This document shows positions 19,437 to 28,189 of a DNA stretch of 64,000 nucleotides, piece by piece. Made by a program: the position numbers and the translations under genes. The first letter of the stretch is position 1, and every line of letters starts with the position of its first letter. Source of the DNA: Nitrosomonadales bacterium (lineage in GTDB: Bacteria > Pseudomonadota > Gammaproteobacteria > Burkholderiales > Gallionellaceae); the NCBI GenBank assembly GCA_016199835.1, contig JACQFX010000017.1:18577-82576 (forward strand), read 5' to 3'. The notes beneath the pieces were generated by a model that ran no database searches, was not told where the DNA came from, and saw nothing but the letters and a program-made list of their open reading frames with translations.

Positions 19437-20561
19437 ATGAAAAGCTTCCAGGCTGGCCGGTATACCCAGCGTGCGCATTACAAAAGCTTCCAGCCCGCCC
19501 CCATCAACCGCGCATGGGTCGTGGACGACATGAGCCTGCTCCAGTTGCTCGGACAGGCAGACCGGGAACTGGGCCGACTGGACATGTATTCCGAGTACAT
19601 TCCGAATATAGACCTGTTCATCCGCATGCATGTGCTGAAAGAAGCGACGCAATCGAGCAAGATCGAAGGCACGCAAACCAATATGGAAGAAGCGCTGCTG
19701 GCAAAGGAAGATGTTGCAGTGGAGCGGCGCGACGACTGGGAAGAAGTGCATAACTATGTGGCCGCGATGAACCGGGCCGTGGACAGGTTGCAGACGTTGC
19801 CCTTTTCTGCGCGACTGATCCGCGAAACCCACAAGACGCTGATGCAAGGCGTGCGCGGCAAGCACAAGCAACCGGGCGAGTTCAGGCACAGCCAGAACTG
19901 GATCGGCGGGGCGAGTATCAACGATGCGATATTCATACCGCCGAGCCATGAGACGGTCGGCGAACTGATTACCGACATCGGAAAATTCGTCCACAACGAG
20001 CAGCAATATTTTCCGGAATTGCTGAAAGCGGCGCTGGTGCATTACCAGTTCGAAACCATCCACCCTTTTCTCGACGGCAATGGCCGCGTGGGGCGCCTGC
20101 TCATCACCTTGTATCTGGTGAGCCGGGGAATATTAAAACAGCCCGTGCTTTACCTGTCGGACTTTTTCGAGCGCAACCGTCAACTTTATTATGACAACCT
20201 GATGCGGGTGCGGGAAAAGAACGACCTGCAGCAATGGTTCAAGTTCTTTCTGGTGGGTGTGATCGAAACAGCCAAGAGCAGCACCACCACATTCGACAAC
20301 ATCCTCAAGCTGCAAAAGCAAGTGGAGATCCAGTTGCAAACCTTGGGCAGCCGCGCGGCCAATGCGCAGAAGGTCATGTATCACCTGTACCAGCATCCGA
20401 TGGTCGATGCGGCCAAGGTGGGCGCGGTAGCAGAAGTTTCTCCCGCCTCGGCCTACAAATTGATTGCCGATCTGGAACACTTCGGCATACTGCGGGAAAT
20501 TACCGGGGCGAAGCGTGGCAAGATGTACGCATTCGATGCCTACCTGAAACTGTTCAAATAG
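19437..20561 (+). CDS. Fic family protein (Fic_N + Fic + C-terminal wHTH), class II with internal inhibitory motif
   Basis: Active-site HPFLDGNGRVGR. N-terminal inhibitory-helix motif SSKIEG ((S/T)xxxE(G/N)). wHTH-like C-terminal end. The ATG at 19437 is preferred over the listed upstream start. Confidence 0.85.
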   Translation: MKSFQAGRYTQRAHYKSFQPAPINRAWVVDDMSLLQLLGQADRELGRLDMYSEYIPNIDLFIRMHVLKEATQSSKIEGTQTNMEEALLAKEDVAVERRDDWEEVHNYVAAMNRAVDRLQTLPFSARLIRETHKTLMQGVRGKHKQPGEFRHSQNWIGGASINDAIFIPPSHETVGELITDIGKFVHNEQQYFPELLKAALVHYQFETIHPFLDGNGRVGRLLITLYLVSRGILKQPVLYLSDFFERNRQLYYDNLMRVREKNDLQQWFKFFLVGVIETAKSSTTTFDNILKLQKQVEIQLQTLGSRAANAQKVMYHLYQHPMVDAAKVGAVAEVSPASAYKLIADLEHFGILREITGAKRGKMYAFDAYLKLFK

Positions 20562-20595
20562 CCATTGTCATCACGCACTACGAAATCGAGAAAAC

Positions 20596-20865
20596 ATGCT
20601 CACAGGCAAACTCCGCAACCAAGTCGATAAAATCTGGCTGACCTTCCACTCTGGCGGCGTCACTAATCCGCTCGCAGTGATTGAACAATTCACCTACCTG
20701 CTCTTCATTCGCCGCCTCGACGACATCCACACCCTCAAGGAAAAAGCGGCCAACGCCTTTGGCACGCCCATCGACCGCCCCGTGATGACTGACGGCATCG
20801 AAGTGAACCTGCTGCCGAATCTGCTGGGCAGCATGGCGGTGTACCGGTTCAAGCGGGCGGAATAA
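20596..20865 (+). pseudogene. Chimeric remnant: N-terminal ~62 codons of a second type I methylase (hsdM') fused in frame to a duplicated metW 3' end
   Basis: MLTGKLRNQVDKIWLTFHSGGVTNPLAVIEQFTYLLFIRRLDD is an HsdM N-terminal domain of a different family from the intact hsdM downstream. From 20782 the ORF becomes [27 protein letters not shown], matching the metW C-terminus. Confidence 0.8.
20782..20865 (+). repeat. Direct repeat copy 2 (orphan metW 3' end)
   Basis: Five differences from 19186-19269. Four are synonymous third-codon positions (GGT/GGC, AAT/AAC, TAT/TAC, CGC/CGG) and one is G->E in the last codon. Confidence 0.9.
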
Positions 20866-20923
20866 ATAATGCCGCATCGGCGGCCGTCACCGGCATTTCT
20901 CAATTCGATAATTCCGGATCACC

Positions 20924-22438
20924 ATGTTCGAACAAACCTTCAAAAATATCGACGACGTCCTGCGCAAAGAAGCAGGCTGCGCCAGCGAACTGGACTACAC
21001 CGAACAAAGCTCCTGGCTGCTGTTCCTCAAATACCTCGACGCGCTGGAGCACAGCAAAGCGATGGAAGCCGAACTGGAAGGAAAAAAGTACACCTGGCTG
21101 CTCGACAAACCCTACCGCTGGGAAACCTGGGCCGCACCCAAAGGCAAGGACGGCAAGATCGACCACAACGCCGCCATGACCGGCGACGACCTGCGCGACT
21201 TCGTCAACCAGACGCTGTTCCCCTACCTGCACCGCTTCAAGGAAAAAGCCGACAACTCCAAAACGCTGGAATACAAAATCGGCGAAATCTTCGGCGAGAT
21301 CAAGAACAAAATCCAGAGCGGCTACAACCTGCGCGACATCATCGAGCACATCGACGAACTGCGCTTCGGCTCGCAAGCCGAGAAGCACGAACTCTCACAC
21401 CTGTACGAAGCCAAGATTAAAAACATGGGCAACGCCGGGCGCAACGGCGGCGAGTACTACACCCCGCGCCCGCTCATTCGCGCCATGGTGCAAGTGGTCA
21501 ACCCCAAGATCGGTGAAACCATCTACGACGGCGCCTGCGGCAGCGCGGGCTTTTTGTGCGAAGCATTCGATTACCTGCGCTCTGGTCGCAGCACCGCTCC
21601 CGGTTCCGTTCGCCCTGAGCCTGTCGAAGGGTTGAACGGCGCACCGACAGGATTGACTACGCGCGACCTAAAAACCCTGCAAGAATCCACCTTCTACGGC
21701 ATCGAAAAGAAAAGCCTCGCCTACGTCATCGCGATCATGAACATGATCCTGCACGGCATCGAAGCGCCCAACATCGCCCACGCCAACACCCTCGCGCTCA
21801 ATCTCGCCGACGTGCAGGACAAAGACCGCTTCGACATCGTTCTCGCCAACCCGCCCTTCGGCGGCAAGGAACGCAAGGAAGTGCAGCAAAACTTCCCCAT
21901 CAAGACCGGCGAAACCGCCTTTCTGTTCTTGCAGCACTTCATCAAGTTTCTGAAAGCGGGCGGACGCGGCGCAATCGTCATCAAGAACACCTTCCTCAGC
22001 AACACCGACAACGCCTCGGTGAGCCTGCGCAAACACCTGCTGGAAAGCTGCAACCTGCACACCGTGCTCGATTGCCCCGGCGGCACCTTCCAGGGCGCGG
22101 GCGTGAAGACCGTGGTGCTGTTCTTCGAGAAAGGCGCACCGACGCGCAAGGTCTGGTACTACCAACTCGAACCCGGCCGCAACATGGGCAAGACCAACCC
22201 GCTCAACGATGCCGACCTCGCCGAATTCATCGCATTGCAAAAGACCTGCGCCGATTCACCCAAGAGCTGGAGCGTGGATGTGGCGAGCATCGACCCCGCG
22301 ACGTTCGATCTCTCGGTGAAGAATCCCGATGGCGGCGAAGCGGTGGTGCACCGCAGCCCGCAGGACATCATGGACGAGATCGCCGCGCTGGATGCGGAGG
22401 GTGCGGAAGTGCTGGGGAATATCAGGGCGCTGTTATGA
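20924..22438 (+). CDS. hsdM: Type I restriction-modification system DNA methyltransferase subunit M
   Basis: HsdM_N (SELDYTEQSSWLLFLKYLD), AdoMet motif DGACGSAGFL, catalytic NPPFG. Confidence 0.95.
   Translation: MFEQTFKNIDDVLRKEAGCASELDYTEQSSWLLFLKYLDALEHSKAMEAELEGKKYTWLLDKPYRWETWAAPKGKDGKIDHNAAMTGDDLRDFVNQTLFPYLHRFKEKADNSKTLEYKIGEIFGEIKNKIQSGYNLRDIIEHIDELRFGSQAEKHELSHLYEAKIKNMGNAGRNGGEYYTPRPLIRAMVQVVNPKIGETIYDGACGSAGFLCEAFDYLRSGRSTAPGSVRPEPVEGLNGAPTGLTTRDLKTLQESTFYGIEKKSLAYVIAIMNMILHGIEAPNIAHANTLALNLADVQDKDRFDIVLANPPFGGKERKEVQQNFPIKTGETAFLFLQHFIKFLKAGGRGAIVIKNTFLSNTDNASVSLRKHLLESCNLHTVLDCPGGTFQGAGVKTVVLFFEKGAPTRKVWYYQLEPGRNMGKTNPLNDADLAEFIALQKTCADSPKSWSVDVASIDPATFDLSVKNPDGGEAVVHRSPQDIMDEIAALDAEGAEVLGNIRALL
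21581..21655 (+). repeat. GC-rich in-frame insert inside hsdM (encodes ...GRSTAPGSVRPEPVEGLNGAPTGL...)
   Basis: Imperfect hairpin CCGTTCGCCC...GGGTTGAACGG (21606-21639). The Pro/Gly-rich peptide lengthens the segment between the DGACGSAGFL and YGIEK blocks. Confidence 0.35.
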
Positions 22439-23582
22439 GAGTAGGGTGGCAAACAAGCACCTTAGGCAATACCTGCGAGTTGTATCAGCCTAAAACTATC
22501 TCTGGAAAAGAGTTGGTGGAGGACGGCGCATATCCAGTTTTCGGTGCCAATGGCATCATTGGTCGCTACGACAAATTCAATCACGAAGAGCCTCAGCTTC
22601 TCATAACGTGCCGTGGTGCAACTTGCGGGTCGGTGAATATCTCGGAACCCAAGTCTTGGATTACAGGCAACGCGATGGTAGTTCGCCCGAAAAATGTATC
22701 TATCGAAATGCGATTTTTGGAATATCTATTTCGAGGCGGAATAGACATCTCCAAAGCAATCACAGGTGCTGCACAGCCACAGATAACTCGGACGAATCTT
22801 GCGCCGCTCGAAATCAATTACCCCGTGGATATTTCAGAACAGCAGCGCATCGTCGGCATTCTCGACGAAGCGTTTGACGGCATCGCCACCGCCAAAGCCA
22901 CCGCCGAACAGAACCTGCAAAACGCCCGCGCCCTGTTCGAAAGCCACCTGCAATCCGTCTTCACCCAGCGCGGCGAGGGGTGGGTGACGACAACGCTCGG
23001 TTCAGAAATTGATCTTCTTGCAGGGTTCGCATTTAAGAGCGCCCAATACACAAATAACGATGATGACATTCGCCTACTCAGAGGCGATAACATCATTCAA
23101 GGTTGCCTACGTTGGGATGATGTTAAGAAATGGCCTGCTACCGACACAACCCTCTACGACCGATACCAGATTCGCGAAGGTGATGTTGTCTTGGCGATGG
23201 ACCTTGGGTTAAGGCGGGTTTGAAGCACGCGATTATCACTGCGGATGATCTGCCCTGTTTGCTCGTCCAACGAACAGCTCGTCTTCGTGGCGGGGCGAAT
23301 CTCGATAATCGTTTTTTGATGTTTCTCATCGGAAGCGCGGCTTTCACTAGCCATATTCTTGGTGTTCAGACGGGGATTGGTGTTCCACACATCAGCGGTC
23401 AACAAATTCAAGACTTCGAGTTCGCTAGGCCGCCAATCGGCGAGCAGAGACGCATTGCTGATAAACTCGACTCCCTCCGCGAAGAAACCCAACGCCTCGA
23501 ATCCCTCTACCAGCGCAAGCTCGCCGCCCTCGACGAACTGAAGAAGTCGCTGCTGCATCAGGCGTTCAGCGGGATGCTTTAA
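22435..23582 (+). pseudogene. hsdS: Type I R-M specificity subunit S, disrupted by a -1 frameshift in the second target-recognition domain
   Basis: ATGA overlap with the hsdM stop. TRD1 plus the central conserved region (EQQRIVGILDEAFDGIATAKA) plus the start of TRD2 are in one frame and stop at 23223. The rest (PWVKAGLKHAII...RRIADKLDSLREE...LLHQAFSG) continues in another frame. Restoring one C at 23202-23204 (CC to CCC) joins them as ...LAMDPWVKAGLK.... Confidence 0.8.
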
Positions 23583-23633
23583 TGAGCTATTCCCCGTACA
23601 ATTCTGCAATTCCTGCCTAGCCGGAGCGCCGTT

Positions 23634-24479
23634 ATGAATGCCCAACGCATAGCCAACCAGCACCACGCCACCTTTGAAAGCATCCGCCAGAAGGATGCGG
23701 ACGGAAATGAGTTCTGGTCTGCCCGCGATTTACAACCGCTGCTGGAATACGCCACTTGGGACAAGTTCAAGCGCGTTATTGAGAAGGCGATAGAGGCTTG
23801 TGGTCAGTCCGGCAATGACGCCGAGGACCATTTTTCCCAAACGGGAAAAATGGTCGATATTGGCTCTGCTGCCAAGCGCGAGATCGAGGACTACCGGCTT
23901 TCCCGTTATGCCTGCTACCTGATTGTGCAGAATGGCGATCCTTCCAAGTCGGTTATCGCCAATGGACAAACCTATTTTGCGTTACAGACGCGGCGTCAGG
24001 AGCTGAATGACGACGAGAAATTTGCGCGTTTGTCGGAAGACGAAAAGCGTCTGGCGATCCGCAACGAACTGGCCGAGCACAACAAACAGCTCGCCGCCGC
24101 GGCCAAGGATGCCGGGGTGGATACGCCGCTCGATTACGCGATCTTTCAGGATCACGGTTACAAGGGGCTGTACGGAGGCATGGGGGCGAAAGACATTCAT
24201 GCTCGCAAGGGGCTGAAGAAGAGCGAGAAGATACTCGACCACATGGGCAGCACCGAACTGGCAGCCAATTTGTTCCGCGCTACACAGGCGGAAGAAAAGT
24301 TGAAGCGGGACAATATCAGCGGCAAGCAGCGCGCCAATCAGGCGCATTTCGAAGTGGGTCAGAAAGTACGCCAGACTATCCAGGAGCTGGGCGGCACCAT
24401 GCCGGAGAATTTGCCTGTGCCAGAGCAAAGCGTGAAGAAGATCGAAAGAGCGAAGATGAAGCTGGATAAGAAGAAGTGA
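23634..24479 (+). CDS. dinD: DNA damage-inducible protein D homolog
   Basis: Colinear similarity to E. coli DinD as I recall it: SRYACYLIVQNGDPSK, GQTYFALQTRRQEL, MGSTELAANLFRATQAEEKLKRD, VRQTIQELGGTMPE. Confidence 0.85.
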   Translation: MNAQRIANQHHATFESIRQKDADGNEFWSARDLQPLLEYATWDKFKRVIEKAIEACGQSGNDAEDHFSQTGKMVDIGSAAKREIEDYRLSRYACYLIVQNGDPSKSVIANGQTYFALQTRRQELNDDEKFARLSEDEKRLAIRNELAEHNKQLAAAAKDAGVDTPLDYAIFQDHGYKGLYGGMGAKDIHARKGLKKSEKILDHMGSTELAANLFRATQAEEKLKRDNISGKQRANQAHFEVGQKVRQTIQELGGTMPENLPVPEQSVKKIERAKMKLDKKK

Positions 24480-24599
24480 CGGGGCAGACCATGTCGAGGA
24501 CATTCTCGATAGGGTTCGGATGTGATAAGCAATTACCGTTTTCTGAACATGTTGCCTGCTACGTGATCAGTAAGCCTCATTTTCTTTACATGTCCATGC

Positions 24600-24650
24600 C
24601 ATCGACATATCGGCAGGTTATGTCGATGAAACGAGAATAAATCGACACAT
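24600..24650 (+). promoter_or_regulatory. Operator-like repeats (10-bp inverted repeat CATCGACATA-N9-TATGTCGATG plus a third ATCGACACAT copy) upstream of Fic-hsdR
   Basis: Perfect 10-bp arms at 24600-24609 and 24619-24628, with a third copy at 24641-24650. Three TTGAC motifs follow at 24676-24704 in an AT-rich 243-bp gap. Confidence 0.4.
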
Positions 24651-24722
24651 CCGGTCAAGCCCGACTTGATGCGGCTTGACACAAAACTTGACTTATACTT
24701 GACTCTCGATTAGCCTTTTTCC

Positions 24723-25730
24723 ATGGCTTATATCCCTCAATTTTCCATTACTCCAACCCTGCTTGCCGAAGTTGAGCAGGTGGCGGCGTTGCGCGAGCGC
24801 ATTCAAAGTGCCGTGGTTGACCTTGCGTGGATACCTGCTCTCCAGAAAGACACCCGCACGCGCAACGTCCACGCTTCGACGGCCATCGAGGGAAACCCGC
24901 TGACTCTCGAACAGGTGCGTGCATTGGAGGAGGGCCGTGAGCTTTCTTCTTCCGGTGCACGACCCAAGCGGGAAGTCATCAATTATTTTGCCGGGCTGCG
25001 TTACGTGGAAAAAAATGCGGATAAGAAAGTTATCCGTCAGGCGGACATTCTGGAGTTGCACCGGATTTTGGCGGGGGAAGTAATGGATCAGGGCGAAGCC
25101 GGAAAGTATCGAATGATCGCTGTTCGGGTCGGGCAATATCTTCCTCCGCCGCCCGATGCCGTTTCCGGTCTGATGTTCGAGTTGCTGGAGTGGTGGAACA
25201 CGGCCGCAAAAAAACTTTCGCCGGTTCTCAGTTCAGCCATCCTGCATTACCGTTTCGAGGTCATCCATCCGTTTGCCGACGGTAACGGGCGCACAGGCCG
25301 TGCGCTTGCGCTGTGGGAGCTTTATCGGCGCGGCTTCGATACGCACCACATTTTTTCGGTGGACGAGTATTACTGGGAAGATCGCCCGGCATACTATGCC
25401 GCATTGCAAGGTGTGCGCGAGGCCGGGGAGGATATGAGCGCATGGCTGGAATACTGTGCGGCGGGACTGCGGCAAACGCTGGAACGGGCATGGCTGCGGA
25501 TACAAACCTTGCAGGTGAAGTCTGCGGAGAAACTGGTTTTGCGTCCAAGGCAGGAGCAGCTTCTGCATCTGCTGCGCGATCATGGCGGCATGGCTCCCGC
25601 TGAAATATGGGAGGCGTTGGGCGTGTCTAGGCAGGGGGCGATGGATTTGCTGCGTCCGCTGCTGGATGCGGGGGTGGTCGAGAAGGTCGGCGGGAATAAA
25701 ACTGGCCGGTACGTTTTAAAAAATTCATGA
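24723..25730 (+). CDS. Fic family protein with C-terminal wHTH (class II, internal inhibitory motif), translationally coupled to hsdR
   Basis: HPFADGNGRTGR active site, inhibitory motif STAIEG, and a C-terminal wHTH-like segment. Its stop overlaps the hsdR ATG (ATGA at 25727-25730). Confidence 0.85.
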   Translation: MAYIPQFSITPTLLAEVEQVAALRERIQSAVVDLAWIPALQKDTRTRNVHASTAIEGNPLTLEQVRALEEGRELSSSGARPKREVINYFAGLRYVEKNADKKVIRQADILELHRILAGEVMDQGEAGKYRMIAVRVGQYLPPPPDAVSGLMFELLEWWNTAAKKLSPVLSSAILHYRFEVIHPFADGNGRTGRALALWELYRRGFDTHHIFSVDEYYWEDRPAYYAALQGVREAGEDMSAWLEYCAAGLRQTLERAWLRIQTLQVKSAEKLVLRPRQEQLLHLLRDHGGMAPAEIWEALGVSRQGAMDLLRPLLDAGVVEKVGGNKTGRYVLKNS

Positions 25731-28189
25731 ACGAAGCCGAAACCCGTGCCGAACACATCGATCCCGCGCTGAAAGCCGCAGGCTGGGGCGTGGTGGAGGG
25801 CAGCCGGGTGATGCGCGAATACCGCATCACCGAGGGGCGCTTGCAAGGTGCGGGGCAGCGCAGCAAGCCGGAGATTGCGGACTATGTGCTGGTGTATCGC
25901 AACCACAAGCTGGCGGTGATCGAAGCGAAGCGCTGGGATTTGCCGCACACCGAGGGCCTGGCGCAGGCCAAGACGTATGCGGGTAAGTTACGTGCACGTT
26001 TTACTTATGCCACCAACGGCCAGCGCATCTACGGCGTGGATATGCAGAGCAGTGTGGAAGGCGATGTGGATGCCTATCCAACACCCGAAGAATTGTGGAA
26101 TCGCACCTTTGCCGAAACGAATGATTGGCGCGAGCGTTTCGCTGCCGTGCCATTCGAGGACAAGGGCGGCATGTGGGGCTCGCGTTACTACCAGGACAGC
26201 GCAATCAACAATGTGCTGGAGGCGGTGGCCGATAACCAGCAGCGCATTCTGCTGACGTTGGCGACGGGAACAGGCAAGACCTTCATTGCGTTTCAGTTGG
26301 CGTGGAAATTGTTCAAGTCGCGCTGGAATCTGAAACGCGATGCGGCGCGTCAGCCGCGTATTTTGTTTTTGGCCGATCGCAACATTCTTGCGGATCAGGC
26401 TTACAACTCGTTCTCGGCTTTTCCCGAAGACGCGCTGGTGCGCATTGCGCCGGATGATATTCGCAAGAAGGGGCGGGTGCCGAAGAACGGGAGTGTGTTC
26501 TTTACGATCTTTCAGACCTTCATGAGCGGGCCTGCTGCACAGCCCCTTCCTCCGGGCAGGGGGAAGGTTGGGATGGGGGTGGAAGAGCAGATTAGCCCCG
26601 ACGTTTCTACCCCCTCCCTGGCCCTCCCCCTGCATGGGGGAGGGAATGAAACTTCAAGCGGCGCTCAGCCCGAGCGGGCTTTCTATTTCGGCGAGTACCC
26701 GCCAGACTTTTTCGATTTCATCGTCATCGACGAATGTCATCGCGGCGGGGCGAACGACGAGAGCACCTGGCGTGGCATCCTCGAATATTTTGCGCCTGCG
26801 GTGCAGCTCGGTCTGACCGCCACGCCCAAGCGCCGCGACAACGCAGACACTTACGCCTACTTTGGCGAGCCGGTGTATGTGTATTCGCTGAAGGAGGGTA
26901 TCAACGACGGCTTCCTCACGCCGTTCCGCGTGAAGCAGTACGCCACCACGCTGGACGAGTATGTGTACACCTCGGACGACAATGTGGTCGAGGGCGAGAT
27001 CGAAGCCGGGAAGCTGTACGAGGAAAAGGATTTCAACCAGAGCATCGAGATTGAGGCGCGCGAGAAGTATCGTGTGAAACTTTTCATGGATGCGATCAAC
27101 CAGCGCGAGAAAACACTGGTGTTCTGCGCCAATCAGAAGCACGCGCTGCTGGTGCGCGACCTGATCAATCAGATGAAAACGGCCAGTGCCGATCCGCTGT
27201 ATTGCGTGCGAGTGACGGCCAACGATGGCGCGCTGGGCGAACAGTATCTGCGCGACTTTCAGGACAACGAGAAGAGCATCCCGACCATCCTCACCACGTC
27301 GCAGAAACTTTCCACCGGGGTGGATGCGCGCAACGTGCGCAACATCGTGCTGATGAGGCCGATCAATTCGATGATCGAGTTCAAGCAGATCATCGGGCGC
27401 GGCACACGGCTGTACGACGGCAAGGATTACTTCACGATTTACGATTTCGTGAAGGCGCACAAGCTGTTCAACGACCCGGAGTGGGATGGTGAGCCTATCG
27501 AGGTGGGTAATAGCGGCGACAAGGAATTCCCGCCAACCGTTCCCAAGCCACAGCCGGATGCAAAACAGTCGAGTGCCGAATACGAAGCGAAGAAAAAAGT
27601 GCGCGTGAAACTGCGCGACGGCAAAGAGCGCAATCTCCAGCATATTTCGGTGACGACTTTCTGGGGGCCGGACGGCAAGCCGATTTCGGCTGCTGAATTT
27701 CTGACGCTGCTGTTCGGCGAACTGCCCGCGTTCTTCAAAGATGAGGATGAGTTGCGCGCGCTCTGGAGCTTGCCGGATACGCGCAAGAAGCTGCTCGAAG
27801 GTCTGGCGGAAAAAGGCTACGACAAAGATCAGCTATGCGAAATGCAGAAGATCATTGACGCCGAGAACAGCGATCTATTCGACGTGCTGGCGCATGTGGC
27901 GTTTGCGATGCAGCCGATTACTCGTGAAGAGCGTGCGAGTGTTGCGTATAGAGAGGTGCAGGAACGCTTCAGCGACAAGCAACAAACCTTCCTCGACTTT
28001 GTGCTGGCTCATTACGTGCAGGAGGGCGTGGAGGAACTGGAGCAGGAGAAGCTGACGAAGCTGTTGCGCCTGCGCTACCACGATTCCATACCCGATGCGG
28101 TGGCCGACCTGGGCGGCGACATCACGGAGATACGCAATCTGTTTGCCGGTTTTCAGCGCTACCTGTATCAGGGCGAGACTGCGTTGTGA
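25727..28189 (+). CDS. hsdR: Type I restriction enzyme endonuclease/helicase subunit R
   Basis: N-terminal nuclease domain (NEAETRAEHIDPAL, ADYVL...IEAK), Walker A TGTGKT, DEAH-type VIDECHRG, and helicase C motifs QIIGRGTR. Confidence 0.95.
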   Translation: MNEAETRAEHIDPALKAAGWGVVEGSRVMREYRITEGRLQGAGQRSKPEIADYVLVYRNHKLAVIEAKRWDLPHTEGLAQAKTYAGKLRARFTYATNGQRIYGVDMQSSVEGDVDAYPTPEELWNRTFAETNDWRERFAAVPFEDKGGMWGSRYYQDSAINNVLEAVADNQQRILLTLATGTGKTFIAFQLAWKLFKSRWNLKRDAARQPRILFLADRNILADQAYNSFSAFPEDALVRIAPDDIRKKGRVPKNGSVFFTIFQTFMSGPAAQPLPPGRGKVGMGVEEQISPDVSTPSLALPLHGGGNETSSGAQPERAFYFGEYPPDFFDFIVIDECHRGGANDESTWRGILEYFAPAVQLGLTATPKRRDNADTYAYFGEPVYVYSLKEGINDGFLTPFRVKQYATTLDEYVYTSDDNVVEGEIEAGKLYEEKDFNQSIEIEAREKYRVKLFMDAINQREKTLVFCANQKHALLVRDLINQMKTASADPLYCVRVTANDGALGEQYLRDFQDNEKSIPTILTTSQKLSTGVDARNVRNIVLMRPINSMIEFKQIIGRGTRLYDGKDYFTIYDFVKAHKLFNDPEWDGEPIEVGNSGDKEFPPTVPKPQPDAKQSSAEYEAKKKVRVKLRDGKERNLQHISVTTFWGPDGKPISAAEFLTLLFGELPAFFKDEDELRALWSLPDTRKKLLEGLAEKGYDKDQLCEMQKIIDAENSDLFDVLAHVAFAMQPITREERASVAYREVQERFSDKQQTFLDFVLAHYVQEGVEELEQEKLTKLLRLRYHDSIPDAVADLGGDITEIRNLFAGFQRYLYQGETAL
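26537..26670 (+). repeat. GC-rich palindromic in-frame insert inside hsdR (encodes AAQPLPPGRGKVGMGVEEQISPDVSTPSLALPLHGGGNETSSGAQ)
   Basis: Two hairpins: CCTTCC/GGAAGG (26545-26567) and a 9-bp stem CCCTCCCCC-TGCAT-GGGGGAGGG (26622-26644). The insert lies between Walker A and the DEAH box. Confidence 0.5.

Noticed and set aside
20869-21420. 183-aa alternate-frame ORF over the 5' part of hsdM, and 22072-22434, the listed upstream extension of the hsdS ORF
   Set aside because: Both overlap the well-supported hsdM frame. hsdS starts at the ATG at 22435, which overlaps the hsdM stop.
23583-23633. Search for a LexA/SOS box upstream of the dinD homolog
   Set aside because: No CTGT-N8-ACAG-like sequence is present in the 51-bp gap. 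There is no evidence that this dinD copy is SOS-regulated.
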